Source of the DNA: Nitrospirota bacterium
Lineage (GTDB): Bacteria > Nitrospirota > UBA9217
Direction of reading: 5' to 3'
DNA length: 64,000 nt
Assembly (NCBI GenBank): GCA_963845065.1
Contig: CAWJQQ010000005.1
Span: 96,001 to 160,000, forward strand
Part shown: positions 20,540 through 30,794 of the stretch, piece by piece
How the letters are laid out: the number at the start of each line of letters is the position of its first letter
Numbering within the stretch: position 1 is the first letter of the stretch
Program-made: the position numbers and the translations under genes
The notes under the pieces: model-generated
Database searches by the model: none
Told to the model about the DNA's origin: nothing
The model's input: the letters and a program-made list of their open reading frames with translations, nothing else

Positions 20540-21925
20540 CTACCGGGTCATCCACGAACGGGAACGTACGGTGAGAGCCGCGGTCGGAAAGATCCAGAAC
20601 AGAGTAAAGAAAGAGAAATACGCATAAAAAATCACGTAGACGAAATCCCAGGAACGTTCGCTGTGCAAGTAATAGAGCGTATGGAATGATGATATAAGCC
20701 CCATTGCGAACAGTAATCGCAAGATAGCGTGCGGATCATGTATTGAGATGAAGAAAAAAAGCACTAGACTGATATAATTAATGGGATAACGGAGGTTGGT
20801 TACGAGAATATCAGTGAGTGCAATCAAACGGGCAAGTAGAGGTCGTTTCCAGACGATGCGCGCAAAGCGAACTTCTTCCTTGATGTAACTCCGATCCCAG
20901 CGCAGATACATCCTGGTAAGTTTTCCATACGTGTGGGGAGCGATTGTGTGCACTACGCCCGTCCGTTGATAGACAGTATCGTACCCACGGGAGAGTATGA
21001 AGTTCGTCAGGGAACGGTCTTCGCCATATGTACAAAGTTCACCGAGAAAGGTCTGATTGACCCATGCGTCAAGCACTTCCCTGACAACGCCAGTGCGATA
21101 AGCAGACAGCGCACCGGGACAGCAATAAACCGTACCGTATGTTGATTGGGCGGCACGCAAGAAATCGAAGGAGAGGATAAAACGAACATGCAGCATGCGA
21201 GGAATGAGTCCCTTATCACGATTATAAACGAGGACCTTGCCCGCGACAGCCCCGATTGAGGGGTTCCGAAAGGGCCCCACCATCGCGAGAAGCGTCTGGG
21301 GTTCGATCACGCTGTCCGAATCGATTGTGACGACAACCTCGCCGCTAGCCCTGCGGAAGCCCGTTTCAAGAGCAACACGCTTGCCCTTGTTTTTCGGCAA
21401 GCGAATCGGTATTACCAAACGAGAGTTACGACCGGCAGCGGCTCGAATGTAGTTCCAGGTGTCATCAGTGCTACCATCGTCAACAACAATAATTTCCAGA
21501 CGGTTGGAGGGGTAGTTAGCAGCCACCACCGAGTCGATCGATTTCTCTACCATGGGTCCTTCATTATAAGCCGGAATAATCACCGTGAGCAATGGTGCAT
21601 CTTTCGGGTCCACTGGATCAATAGGGCTATAACGAAACCAAAGCAGGGTTCTGAAGCACAACAGCAAGATGCCCATAGCCGACCACAGTATGCTCGGCCT
21701 GATAAGCATCGAAGACCAGTGACTACTCTCGGCTGCTTGGAACAAAGGCTGAAAGACCCTACCTGTAATACTTGCATAAAAAATAATCAGGATGCCAATT
21801 AGAATGAAACAGCGAAGCAACCACACCCAAGACGCAGAAGCAGGTTTAGCCCGTATAGTGAAATAGGGTGGAGACAAACACTTTGATTCCTGCGACGACA
21901 TCTGGTTGTTTTTCCTTTCCAACAT
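20540..21925 (-). CDS. Processive GT2 glycosyltransferase, hyaluronan-synthase/NodC-like
   Basis: VIIPAYNE, DDGS, GKR, DSDS, CCPG.LSAYR, GEDRSLTN, MYLRW; N- and C-terminal TM helices. Confidence 0.85.
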   Translation of the reverse strand: MLERKNNQMSSQESKCLSPPYFTIRAKPASASWVWLLRCFILIGILIIFYASITGRVFQPLFQAAESSHWSSMLIRPSILWSAMGILLLCFRTLLWFRYSPIDPVDPKDAPLLTVIIPAYNEGPMVEKSIDSVVAANYPSNRLEIIVVDDGSTDDTWNYIRAAAGRNSRLVIPIRLPKNKGKRVALETGFRRASGEVVVTIDSDSVIEPQTLLAMVGPFRNPSIGAVAGKVLVYNRDKGLIPRMLHVRFILSFDFLRAAQSTYGTVYCCPGALSAYRTGVVREVLDAWVNQTFLGELCTYGEDRSLTNFILSRGYDTVYQRTGVVHTIAPHTYGKLTRMYLRWDRSYIKEEVRFARIVWKRPLLARLIALTDILVTNLRYPINYISLVLFFFISIHDPHAILRLLFAMGLISSFHTLYYLHSERSWDFVYVIFYAYFSFFTLFWIFPTAALTVRSRSWMTR

Positions 21926-22132
21926 TGAGGTTACGCTTTATCTCGTTTTAAAACTGTCGTAATGAAAACATGGTAAAAACATTTTTGTGAATTCTGAACA
22001 ACATAACATTTAAGCGGGGAGGCAGTCAACAGATTTTGAATATGTCGAATGGATAATGCATGGGTAGATGTTAACGGTTACTATGTGAAAAATTGACGTG
22101 TTTCAAAGAATGGCAACCTATCGACTTCAAGA

Positions 22133-23312
22133 TCAAGTTAGCCGCTCCGTGGCAGAGAAGCATTGACCGCTTCCTTCCTCCACCGTCACCTCGCTTGATA
22201 TTTTCTGAGTGGTTGCCGTGTTTCCGGCTTGTGGAACGACCCTGTTTCGGTGTGAGAAATGTGGGGAATACCATACAATTCATCGCTCCTGCGGCAACCG
22301 CCATTGTTCAACGTGTCAGCACCACAAGACCCGGCAGTGGCTTTCGAAACAACTGGATCGCCTGATGCCGGGGCATCACTTCATGATCACCTTTATTATG
22401 CCCCAACAGATTCGCCGGTTCATGCGAGGCTTCTCGCTTCCTCTCATGCCTTGAAAAAGCCGGTTCAAGATCCCAAATTCATAGGGGGCGAAGCGTTGTC
22501 CAATATCTTCCAGGCAAAGTTCAAGACGATATGAAAATAACCGGTCTTTTTGATCAAATCCCGGATGAGGTCTGACAAATCGCCTGGAACGTGAATTCAC
22601 AGGCTTTGGGCGAGAGCGAAGCAGGTCACAAATATCTCGCTCCGTATGTCTTCCAGGTGGCATTGTCGAATACCCGCATTGTGAAAGTAGATGACCAGTC
22701 GATTTTCATCCGCTACAAAAAAAGCGGCAGTAATCGCTTCCGAACGCTGGTTCTCGTTGTGATGGAGTTCACGTGGCGGTTTTTCGAGCACGTCCTGTAG
22801 ACGGGGTTCATGTAGGTGCGGTACTACGACCTTCTGAATCCCGCGTGCAAAGTTCCGGTCGAGAACATCAAGGTGTTGATCGAACTCGCCTACGGATTCG
22901 AGATAACCACTGCTGAAACCGAGGCAAAACCTCTACAGCCTCATCCGACCTGTGGATGTTGCGGCGGTGCCCTCAAAGTGCTGTTCGACTCTCCGCCGTA
23001 CCAGTATATAGCTCGGGCCGGTTAGTTCACAACGAAGGTTCTGATGTGTAATGGCCTTTTCTGTGTATGCACTCCCGTGGGTAGCATCCGCAGCGGTAAC
23101 GTACCTATGCGCCAATTCAAGAGAAATAGAGCTCGAGCAAGAGTATGCGTGTGATCGTGATACCTAGCGATTTGAAGAGGATCTGACTGAAAGATGTTTT
23201 CTTAACACACAACCCTGCAATTCCTGCATCCGCAATAAGAACCTATCTCGTCCTGCCGCTTCGGGCTTCTTGAACCTTGGATTGATACGACGTGAAGATG
23301 TCATCTCAATCC
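22133..23312 (+). mobile_element. Internally deleted, degenerate copy of the Int/IS91-like element, inverted relative to it and retaining both ends
   Basis: End motif TCAAGTTAGCCGCTCCGTGGCAGA (22133). Transposase fragments RSCGNRHC..CQ, HHFMITF, KYLAPYVF, RYY, CGCCGG with stops. Other end TCCTGCCGCTTCGGGCTTCTTGAAC (23251) plus hairpin. Confidence 0.85.
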
Positions 23313-23615
23313 TGATAGGATGAACCTTTCGAGTTATTATGAATCTAAATAATTACATTTTTCAATCTGAATTTGCGACACGAAGTTGCGTAATTGAATG
23401 TACAGAGAGATGGAAAGTCACCTCTACTGTACCTGGTGTGTTCCCATCAGTACCTTGTTATGATACGCGTAATTGTCTCAGGGCTGGTGATCTGTACCCA
23501 GATTTGCATTTAGAACAGATTTCATAAGGAAATAGTACATCAAGTTTGAGTTAGAAAACTTCAATACTAAAACTATCGAGGAGCAAGTCACCTGTACGAA
23601 TCTTGCTGATTTATT

Positions 23616-24695
23616 TCAGGTCACAGAATCGGTTCCTTTTTTCGGCATCGGTGGAATTTGCGTAGGGGACATCTCGGGTCCAAGCAATATCGCTATCCAC
23701 CGTGTGCTTTTGTGATTCTCGCACACATACTTCAATGTCATGGTCAAGGGTATACTCAGAACCACACCGATAATACCGAGCAGGCCTCCCCAAAAAATCA
23801 GAGAAAGAAATACAACCAGCGTGGACAGCCCAAGCCTCCGACCCATGAGCATCGGCTCGACCACGTAGCCAAGAATGAAATCAACGGTCAGATATCCGAT
23901 AGCCGTGAGCAAGGCACGGCCTATCCCGAACTGAATAAGTGCGAGAAAAATTGCGGGAACGGCTGCGATAATGGCGCCGACATTAGGTACATAGTGGAGT
24001 AAAAATGCCAGGAAACCCCACAGAATGGGGAAATCCACGCCGAGAATAGACAGCCATATCCAGATCAGAACACCGACTGTCAAACTAATCGCCGTTTTAA
24101 TGAACATATAGCGGTTAATATCATAGACGAACCTCATAAACCGGTGAAAATCCTTCTGCGGATCACCAAGAATGGCGCGGAGTTTAACGGGAAAACTCGA
24201 GGCTTCAAGAAGTATGAAGGCTACGGTGAGCAGAATCAAGGCGATTTCAAACAGTGCCGAGCCCAGCTCCTTGAGAAGGCTGGCGGTTAAGCTCCTTACC
24301 GATTCGGGTTTGATCTGATCGAACAGAAACAAGTCCGAGAACGGGATACCCTTGGCTGCCAAAAACGTCCGGAGCGATAAAATATGTTTCTCTAAGCGCA
24401 TCTGATAATCCGGGAGATCGGCGTAAAAACTTTTAAGGGACGTGCCGACGAGTCCTCCGATAACCACTAGAATAGTAGCCATGCCTGCCACCACGAGCAC
24501 CACCGCGACTACATGAGGAATGCGTTTCTGCTCAAGCCAGAGGACCGACGGTGTGCCGATGGCAGCCAGGAAGATAGCGACGAGAAACCATACCAAGACC
24601 GATTGTGCCTGATGAATGCCCCCAGTTATGATTGCGAGCGCTGTCAAAATGATGAGTATGCGTGTTCCGCGGTGGGGATCACTCTGTTCTGTCAT
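23616..24695 (-). CDS. AI-2E (PerM) family transporter
   Basis: LWGFLAFLLHYVPNVG, EPMLMGRRLGLSTLVVFLSLIFWG, LSIPLT; multiple TM helices. Confidence 0.88.
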   Translation of the reverse strand: MTEQSDPHRGTRILIILTALAIITGGIHQAQSVLVWFLVAIFLAAIGTPSVLWLEQKRIPHVVAVVLVVAGMATILVVIGGLVGTSLKSFYADLPDYQMRLEKHILSLRTFLAAKGIPFSDLFLFDQIKPESVRSLTASLLKELGSALFEIALILLTVAFILLEASSFPVKLRAILGDPQKDFHRFMRFVYDINRYMFIKTAISLTVGVLIWIWLSILGVDFPILWGFLAFLLHYVPNVGAIIAAVPAIFLALIQFGIGRALLTAIGYLTVDFILGYVVEPMLMGRRLGLSTLVVFLSLIFWGGLLGIIGVVLSIPLTMTLKYVCENHKSTRWIAILLGPEMSPTQIPPMPKKGTDSVT

Positions 24696-25513
24696 TGGCA
24701 AATACCCCTTCAACAAAAGTTTAGTGTTTCTGTGCGCCACGGAGGAATACGGAGAACCTAATGATTTGCTTCTCAATTTTACCCCTTAGAGATAATGCGT
24801 CTCTAACGGGGTAAACATTAATCCTTGAGGATGGAAATATAAAGTTGCCATTCATGATCCCGAATTCAAATTAATACAATGAAAAGTATTTACTATAATA
24901 CTATAAAATGTATCAACGCCTATTCTCAGTAACCGCTATCGATACTTTTAGGAAGAACCTGTCGCGATAACTATACCCCAGAAAAATAAGGACAGGTCGT
25001 TGAATATTTTGACAGTGAGCCTTCAAATGGGTGACCATACGAGGGTCGTGCAGGAAACATGCTGGCTACCCTCTGTACACCTCTTTATTTCGCTCATTTA
25101 TGTGACATCGTGTCGCACATACCTGCTGTAATGTGCGTATTTCAATAATAATTATAAGTTAGAATGTACTTACTTATTTGTCAAGTAGAATCAATAAGGA
25201 TTGTGACGACATCTTCACGTCGTACTCAATCCATAATTCAAGAAGCCCGGAGCGGCAGGATGATGACCGATAGTCTCTATATATAGGGTAATGCTTCGAG
25301 GGGTCGTTTTTGGTTAAAGCCTGAATGGGCAGTTTATGGAGAGTGAGAGCTCGTGTCGGTCTGATTATAAAAAAACAAACGTGATTCCCATTATACTCAC
25401 ACGCAGAAATCATCGCCTGATCCGCTCGCGCGGCCGAACGGGAGCGTTGACCCGCAGATGATGCCTGCGGGATCTTACACGAGAAACACGTGGTGAATCA
25501 AAATCGTCGGATG

Positions 25514-26611
25514 CTATCCGGCGCGTGCCAGGTGCTGCGGCGGAGAAATCGAAATCACTTTGAGAAAGCCACCGCAGCACCCGCATGTTGGATGAGGCAT
25601 TGGGGGCGTCTGTTCGACTTCAGACATCGTCACCTCAAATCCATAAGCCAGCTCAATCAGCGTCCTGATGTTCTCAAGCGGGACTTTGCAGGTCGGGCTT
25701 AAGAAGCCGTAATATCGCACCTTCATGAACCCCGTCGGTAGAACGTGCTGGAGGAAGCGACGCATAAATTCCATCACCTCAAGTTCCAGCGTTCTCCAGC
25801 GATTGCTATTGGTCTTTTTGTAATGAATGAAGATCTGACGATTCTTGACTTTCACGATCCGGCTGTTGGACAAGGCTACCCGAAAGACATAGGGGGCAAG
25901 ATACTTGAGACTCCCTTCGCTGTCGCCCACGGCTTGCGAGTTCACGTTCCAGTCGATGCGCCAGACCTCTTCGGGGATTTGATCAAAAAGGCCTGCTTTT
26001 TTCATCTCATCCTTGAACTTCGCCCGGAAAATGGGAGATAGCGCTTGGACCGGCACATAGAAACCGGTTCCTGACGGTTTCCATGTTTTATCCTCGGACG
26101 AAAACGCCCCACCTACGACGATATAGTGGACATGGGGGTGAAACTCCAGTGTTCTGCCCCATGTGTGCAGGACCCCGAAGAAGCCCGGCAGATCGCCGCC
26201 CATGAACTTGGGGTCGAGAACCAGCTTTTTCATAGCCGCTGAAGAAGCAGAAAACAAGGCAGCATAAGCTGCTCGTTGATTGCCTCTGATGAACCGACGA
26301 ATCTGCTCGGGCACCGTGAACGTGATCATGAAGTGATGTCCTGGCATCCGCCGATCAATCTGTTTTTCGAGCCACTGTCGGCTCTTATGATACTGGCAGG
26401 TCGGGCAGTGACGGTTGCCGCAAGAACGATGGATGGCATGGTCTTTCCCGCAGTCTTCGCAACGGAACCAGGTCGTCCCACAAGCTGGAGTGCGGCAGTT
26501 GATAATTGCGTCTATTGCCTTGCGATGTTCCAGAGGAATCGCTTCGCCAAACCGTGACACGTACTCCGGGGCATAGGTGCGGAAAATCTCATTGATCGTG
26601 TCCATGGTCAA
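25514..26611 (-). CDS. IS91-family (Y2) transposase with Zn-binding domain
   Basis: SCGNRHCPTCQ, VLHTWG..L.FHPHVH (HUH), YLAPYV (YxxxY), RRFLQHVLPTGFMKVRYYG. Confidence 0.93.
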   Translation of the reverse strand: MTMDTINEIFRTYAPEYVSRFGEAIPLEHRKAIDAIINCRTPACGTTWFRCEDCGKDHAIHRSCGNRHCPTCQYHKSRQWLEKQIDRRMPGHHFMITFTVPEQIRRFIRGNQRAAYAALFSASSAAMKKLVLDPKFMGGDLPGFFGVLHTWGRTLEFHPHVHYIVVGGAFSSEDKTWKPSGTGFYVPVQALSPIFRAKFKDEMKKAGLFDQIPEEVWRIDWNVNSQAVGDSEGSLKYLAPYVFRVALSNSRIVKVKNRQIFIHYKKTNSNRWRTLELEVMEFMRRFLQHVLPTGFMKVRYYGFLSPTCKVPLENIRTLIELAYGFEVTMSEVEQTPPMPHPTCGCCGGFLKVISISPPQHLARAG

Positions 26612-27483
26612 AACCCCGTCATGAGCTGGTCGATGATTTTGTAAGCGTCTTCCTGACCCTTGGTGGTCAAATGTAGGTAAATCATCGTGGTCTCAAGGCT
26701 GGAGTGGCCCATATACTGCTGGATGACGCTCAGATTCACGCCGGCTTCGAGCAGGTGAGTAGCATAGGCGTGGCGAAGCGTGTGGATGGAGACGTTGCGT
26801 TTCTGAATACCCGCTGCGCGTACCGCGTTCTGAAGCGCCGCCTGCACCGTACTGTATGAAACCGGTTTCCGAATGTCCGAGCCATCTTTGTATATGCCCC
26901 GTGAGGGAAAAATCAATCGGGGGTTTTTGTGAGTGGCCCAATGCTTCCGCAAAAGAGCATACGTCGTACGGGGAAGCGGAACATAACGGTCTTTAGCGCC
27001 TTTCCCCCGGTGGATATGGATCATCATACGGTGTTTATCGATGTCCGGGACTTCGAGGTGTAGCGCTTCCTGGAGCCGAAGGCCGCAGGAATAGACTGTG
27101 GAGAGGAAGGCGTGGTTGCGAGGAGACGTGACGCGGGAAAGGGTGGCGCGTACCTCTTCGATACTAAGCACAGTCGGAAGCCGGTGTTCAGTTTGCGCCC
27201 GAATGATGCTCAGGATATGCCAGTCACGGCGCAGGACGTTCTCAAAGAAAAAGCGGATGCCGGCATAGCAGACAGCCATGGTTTTGGGCGCCCACTTGCG
27301 AACGTTCCTGCAATGGAGGAAGTATTCCTGAAGCTCTTCTTCGGTGATGAGATCGGGGGTTTTGTTGCCGAAATGCTCAATGAGTAATCGGACTGCGCGT
27401 GTGTAACTTTCTTGCGTTGTGTCGCCCTTACCGCTCAGTTGCAGGGCTTCTTTGGACTTCTCGTACCAGTTTTCCATGACCAT
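26608..27483 (-). CDS. Site-specific tyrosine recombinase with SAM-like N-terminus
   Basis: YSCGLRLQE, GKGAKDR, HTLRHAYATHLLE, MGHSS..TTMIY; its stop overlaps the transposase start. Confidence 0.93.
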   Translation of the reverse strand: MVMENWYEKSKEALQLSGKGDTTQESYTRAVRLLIEHFGNKTPDLITEEELQEYFLHCRNVRKWAPKTMAVCYAGIRFFFENVLRRDWHILSIIRAQTEHRLPTVLSIEEVRATLSRVTSPRNHAFLSTVYSCGLRLQEALHLEVPDIDKHRMMIHIHRGKGAKDRYVPLPRTTYALLRKHWATHKNPRLIFPSRGIYKDGSDIRKPVSYSTVQAALQNAVRAAGIQKRNVSIHTLRHAYATHLLEAGVNLSVIQQYMGHSSLETTMIYLHLTTKGQEDAYKIIDQLMTGF

Positions 27484-27726
27484 ACTCTCCTTGTGCTACA
27501 AGATTGAACTGCATTGGAGATGTATGGTAACACGGAGATTATTCAGGAAATATCAGACAAGGTGGGATGGACGCAGGATGGATGCTTTGCTCTTCTGCCG
27601 CGGAGCGGCTTACTTGAATTAAACATTCATTTGATTAATTTAAAAATCAATTTGACTTTTTACTATGGTTATATTAATTATTAACTATCAACTATGGCGT
27701 CAGCTTGTATAGGAGGTGCCGTTGAG

Positions 27727-28362
27727 ATGATTAGAAAAAACAAATTGCAACAAAAAGTTCGTTTTTCTCAAGATACGGCAGGGCGCATAGTTTCCGAGGC
27801 TACCCGTCTGTTTGCAGAAAAAGGGTATGACGGTGTTTCGATAAAAGAGATCAGCATAGCAGCGGGGGTGAACATTGCGGCTGTCAATTACCATTTTGAC
27901 TCAAAGGCCAATCTTTTCAGGCATATCATTGAGCAGTTCATATCGGATTTATTGGTATCTGCGAGGAAAACGCTTCTGCCTCCTCACGGCCTCGAGGACT
28001 TGAAAGTTCGGCTTGAGATTTTTGTAAGGCAGACGATTGAAGCGATTATCAAACAACCTGACGTTATTTCCATTATCCAGCGTGAACTGGAAAGGAGCAA
28101 TAAAGTTTTTCAAAAAACCATTTTCAAACATCAAGAGGCATTGATGAAGTTTCTGACGCACGCTAAAAAGAGAGGGCTCCTTGCGGCTGATGTAGAACCT
28201 TTTTTTGCGGCGTCATTTCTTTTAGGACAGGTTGTACACGCGAGGAGAAAAGAGCGCGTTTGGAAAAGTCTCTTTGGTCGTTCATCTTCTGATGAAAAGT
28301 TTCGCAACCAATGGATACAGCAATTGCTTCGTTTGTTCCTGGGAGGAGCTCTGGAGAAATAA
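27727..28362 (+). CDS. TetR/AcrR-family transcriptional regulator
   Basis: LFAEKGYDGVSIKEISIAAGVNIAAVNYHFDSK HTH; RBS AGGAGG. Confidence 0.88.
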   Translation: MIRKNKLQQKVRFSQDTAGRIVSEATRLFAEKGYDGVSIKEISIAAGVNIAAVNYHFDSKANLFRHIIEQFISDLLVSARKTLLPPHGLEDLKVRLEIFVRQTIEAIIKQPDVISIIQRELERSNKVFQKTIFKHQEALMKFLTHAKKRGLLAADVEPFFAASFLLGQVVHARRKERVWKSLFGRSSSDEKFRNQWIQQLLRLFLGGALEK

Positions 28363-28902
28363 TTCGTCATCGTCTCCTCGATTATGTAGCTGCCGGCCAA
28401 CACATAATCGCTCACAGAAGATACTTTATTTCTAAGGAGCTGCACATGCCCTCATTATTCACCTGCGTCAACAGAAACGGTCTCGTGATTATCCTGGCTC
28501 ATCGAGGGACTGCGTACAGGAAGATTGGGAGTTTTTTTTACAGTTTCGTAGATTCCGGTAATGATAAGGATCAAGGGAATATGCACCGACGACCGGAATC
28601 TTGAGGGCATTTCCCCGGAGCCCTCCCTATCCTGGATATGCCCAGGACGAGTTTATATTTTCCGGCTATATTCAGAAATCAAAAAGCAGGAACTCATTGC
28701 ACAACGTGGTCTCTTTGGATCAGTTTGATAATCCTATACCTTCTTGCTCTATGTGTTTGCAAAAGGTTAAGGATATGCCCACTGTTTGACAAGGCACTTA
28801 AATAGTTTTTCACATCCAGACTTCGATGAGTTCGTTGAATCGTTTGTTAAATAGAGCCAGCTATCAGGAGAGATCGTCTTAATTTAGGGGAGGAAAAACG
28901 CC

Positions 28903-29931
28903 ATGAAGCTCAAAGATCTTGCTAACAAACTCAATGCCGAGTTGGAAGGTCCGGGAGACATCGAGATAATCGGTGCAGCCGGCTTAAACAACGCGGGCGC
29001 TGGGTATATCACCTTCATTACCGAGGAAAATAATATTAGGCAACTGGAACAGTCGGGTGCATCGGCTGCATTCGCGCCTCCGGATACTCCCAAACTGCGG
29101 CTGCCTCTTCTTCGGGTGAAAAATCCACGGCTTGCCTTTGCGCGGGCAATCGAGTTGTTTCATGTGAAGCCCTCCCGACCGATCGGCATAAGCGACAAGG
29201 CAATCATTGGGCAGCACTCGGTTATCGGCGTCGAACCTTCTATTCATCCTTATGCCGTGATTGGCGACAATGTAATGATTGGAGACCGGGTGACCCTCTA
29301 TCCCGGCGTATACCTTGGCAAGGGATCGGTCGTCGATGATGACTGCGTTGTCTACCCCAATGTGTATATCGGGTACGACGTACGGGTAGGCAAACGCGTG
29401 ATCATCCACGCGGGAGCGGTTATCGGCAGCGACGGGTTCGGGTATGCAACGGAAGACGGAAAACACCACAAGATACCGCAGGTGGGCGGGGTAATCATCG
29501 GCGACGATGTGGAGATCGGCGCCAACACTGCTATCGATCGCGCAACCCTCGGCAATACCGTTATCAAACAAGGAACGAAAATCGACAACCTCGTTCAAAT
29601 CGCACATAATGTGACCATTGGAGAGCACTGCATGCTGATCTCACAGGTGGGAATTTCCGGGAGCTGCACGCTTGGTGATTTTGTCGTTCTGGCAGGTCAG
29701 GTCGGCGTAGCAGACCATGTCAGTATCGGCGACCGCACGATGGTTTCAGCCCAGAGCGGAATCATTAAAGACATCGAGCCGGGCCAGATGATCGGCGGGA
29801 CTTACTCCATGCCGCAAAAAGACTGGCTCAAGGTGCAGGCAATTCTTCCGAAATTGCCGGAACTAAGAAAACACATTGCCCATCTTGAGAAACAAGTGCT
29901 GGAATTGGAACAAAAAATATCAGGCAGGTAA
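28903..29931 (+). CDS. lpxD: UDP-3-O-(3-hydroxyacyl)glucosamine N-acyltransferase
   Basis: Hexapeptide repeats, [42 protein letters not shown]. Confidence 0.95.
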   Translation: MKLKDLANKLNAELEGPGDIEIIGAAGLNNAGAGYITFITEENNIRQLEQSGASAAFAPPDTPKLRLPLLRVKNPRLAFARAIELFHVKPSRPIGISDKAIIGQHSVIGVEPSIHPYAVIGDNVMIGDRVTLYPGVYLGKGSVVDDDCVVYPNVYIGYDVRVGKRVIIHAGAVIGSDGFGYATEDGKHHKIPQVGGVIIGDDVEIGANTAIDRATLGNTVIKQGTKIDNLVQIAHNVTIGEHCMLISQVGISGSCTLGDFVVLAGQVGVADHVSIGDRTMVSAQSGIIKDIEPGQMIGGTYSMPQKDWLKVQAILPKLPELRKHIAHLEKQVLELEQKISGR

Positions 29932-30290
29932 CAAAGGATTTTTGGTTAAAAAACTAAATCATGTGTAAAATTTCCCCTACAGATCAAGAAAAAGAGAACC
30001 CATTGATGAGAAGTCAAAAGTAATGAACAGGATAAGGATAGCCTTCTTTGGGGCTTGCTATTGAACGCCGGTTGGATTCAGCATGACGACGTGGCCACTC
30101 AGACGATCCTCCTGCGGAAGCTCTCTGAGGACATCCAAACCTGGCATCTTTATAACTCTTGTACTGCTGATAGTGGGTGGATGAGTCGTAAAGCATGTTT
30201 TCGATTCTAATGCTTTCCCCTCTGTGTCAATATAACTGAGACACCTCCCCTGTGGTAAATTAGAGTAGAGGGCGGGGAGGAGAAATCTAT

Positions 30291-30794
30291 ATGGTAGCAT
30301 CAAAGATCAAAGCATCCCAGGGAAACGAAGGAGCCCGTAGGGCGACTGAGGTTCCCTGGGGAGGAGCACCTAAAGAAGTCAGTTTGCTTCATGGTGCTGC
30401 TGCGGCCCCACCTGATCCAGAAGTTCCGGTTAAAGCCGCCCGGCGACGTTTTACGGCTGAATATAAGCTGCGCGTTCTGACACTGGCCGATGCCTGCAAT
30501 GAGCCTGGGTGCCTTGGTGAGCTCCTGCGCCGTGAAGGACTCTATGCATCAAATCTCAACACTTGGCGAGGTCAGCGCGATCGCGGCGTACTATCCGGCC
30601 TCGCGCCCAAAAAACGGGGACGAAAGGAAACCGTCCGGAATCCTTTGCGGGTAGAGAACGAGAAACTCCGCAAGGAGAATGACCGGCTTACCAATCGCCT
30701 CAGGCAGGCCGAAATCATCATCGATGTTCAAAAAAAAATATCGGCGATTCTGGGGATCCCGATTGCGACCGACGAGAGTGGAAAGAACGAATGA
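30291..30794 (+). CDS. IS3-family transposase OrfA
   Basis: RRRFTAEYK, LLRREGLY.S.L..WR HTH, coiled coil, IDVQKK. Confidence 0.88.
   Translation: MVASKIKASQGNEGARRATEVPWGGAPKEVSLLHGAAAAPPDPEVPVKAARRRFTAEYKLRVLTLADACNEPGCLGELLRREGLYASNLNTWRGQRDRGVLSGLAPKKRGRKETVRNPLRVENEKLRKENDRLTNRLRQAEIIIDVQKKISAILGIPIATDESGKNE

Larger units (their letters stand above)
25198..27620 (-). mobile_element. IS91-like element encoding a tyrosine recombinase and a Y2/HUH transposase
   Basis: Two coupled ORFs bounded by related outward-facing CTGCCG...GGCTT(A)CTTGAA motifs at 25235-25260 and 27594-27620. Confidence 0.82.

Noticed and set aside
26608..27483. Integron integrase with a cassette array
   Set aside because: Lacks the IntI-specific insertion, is coupled to an IS91-like transposase, and no array of complete attC sites was seen.
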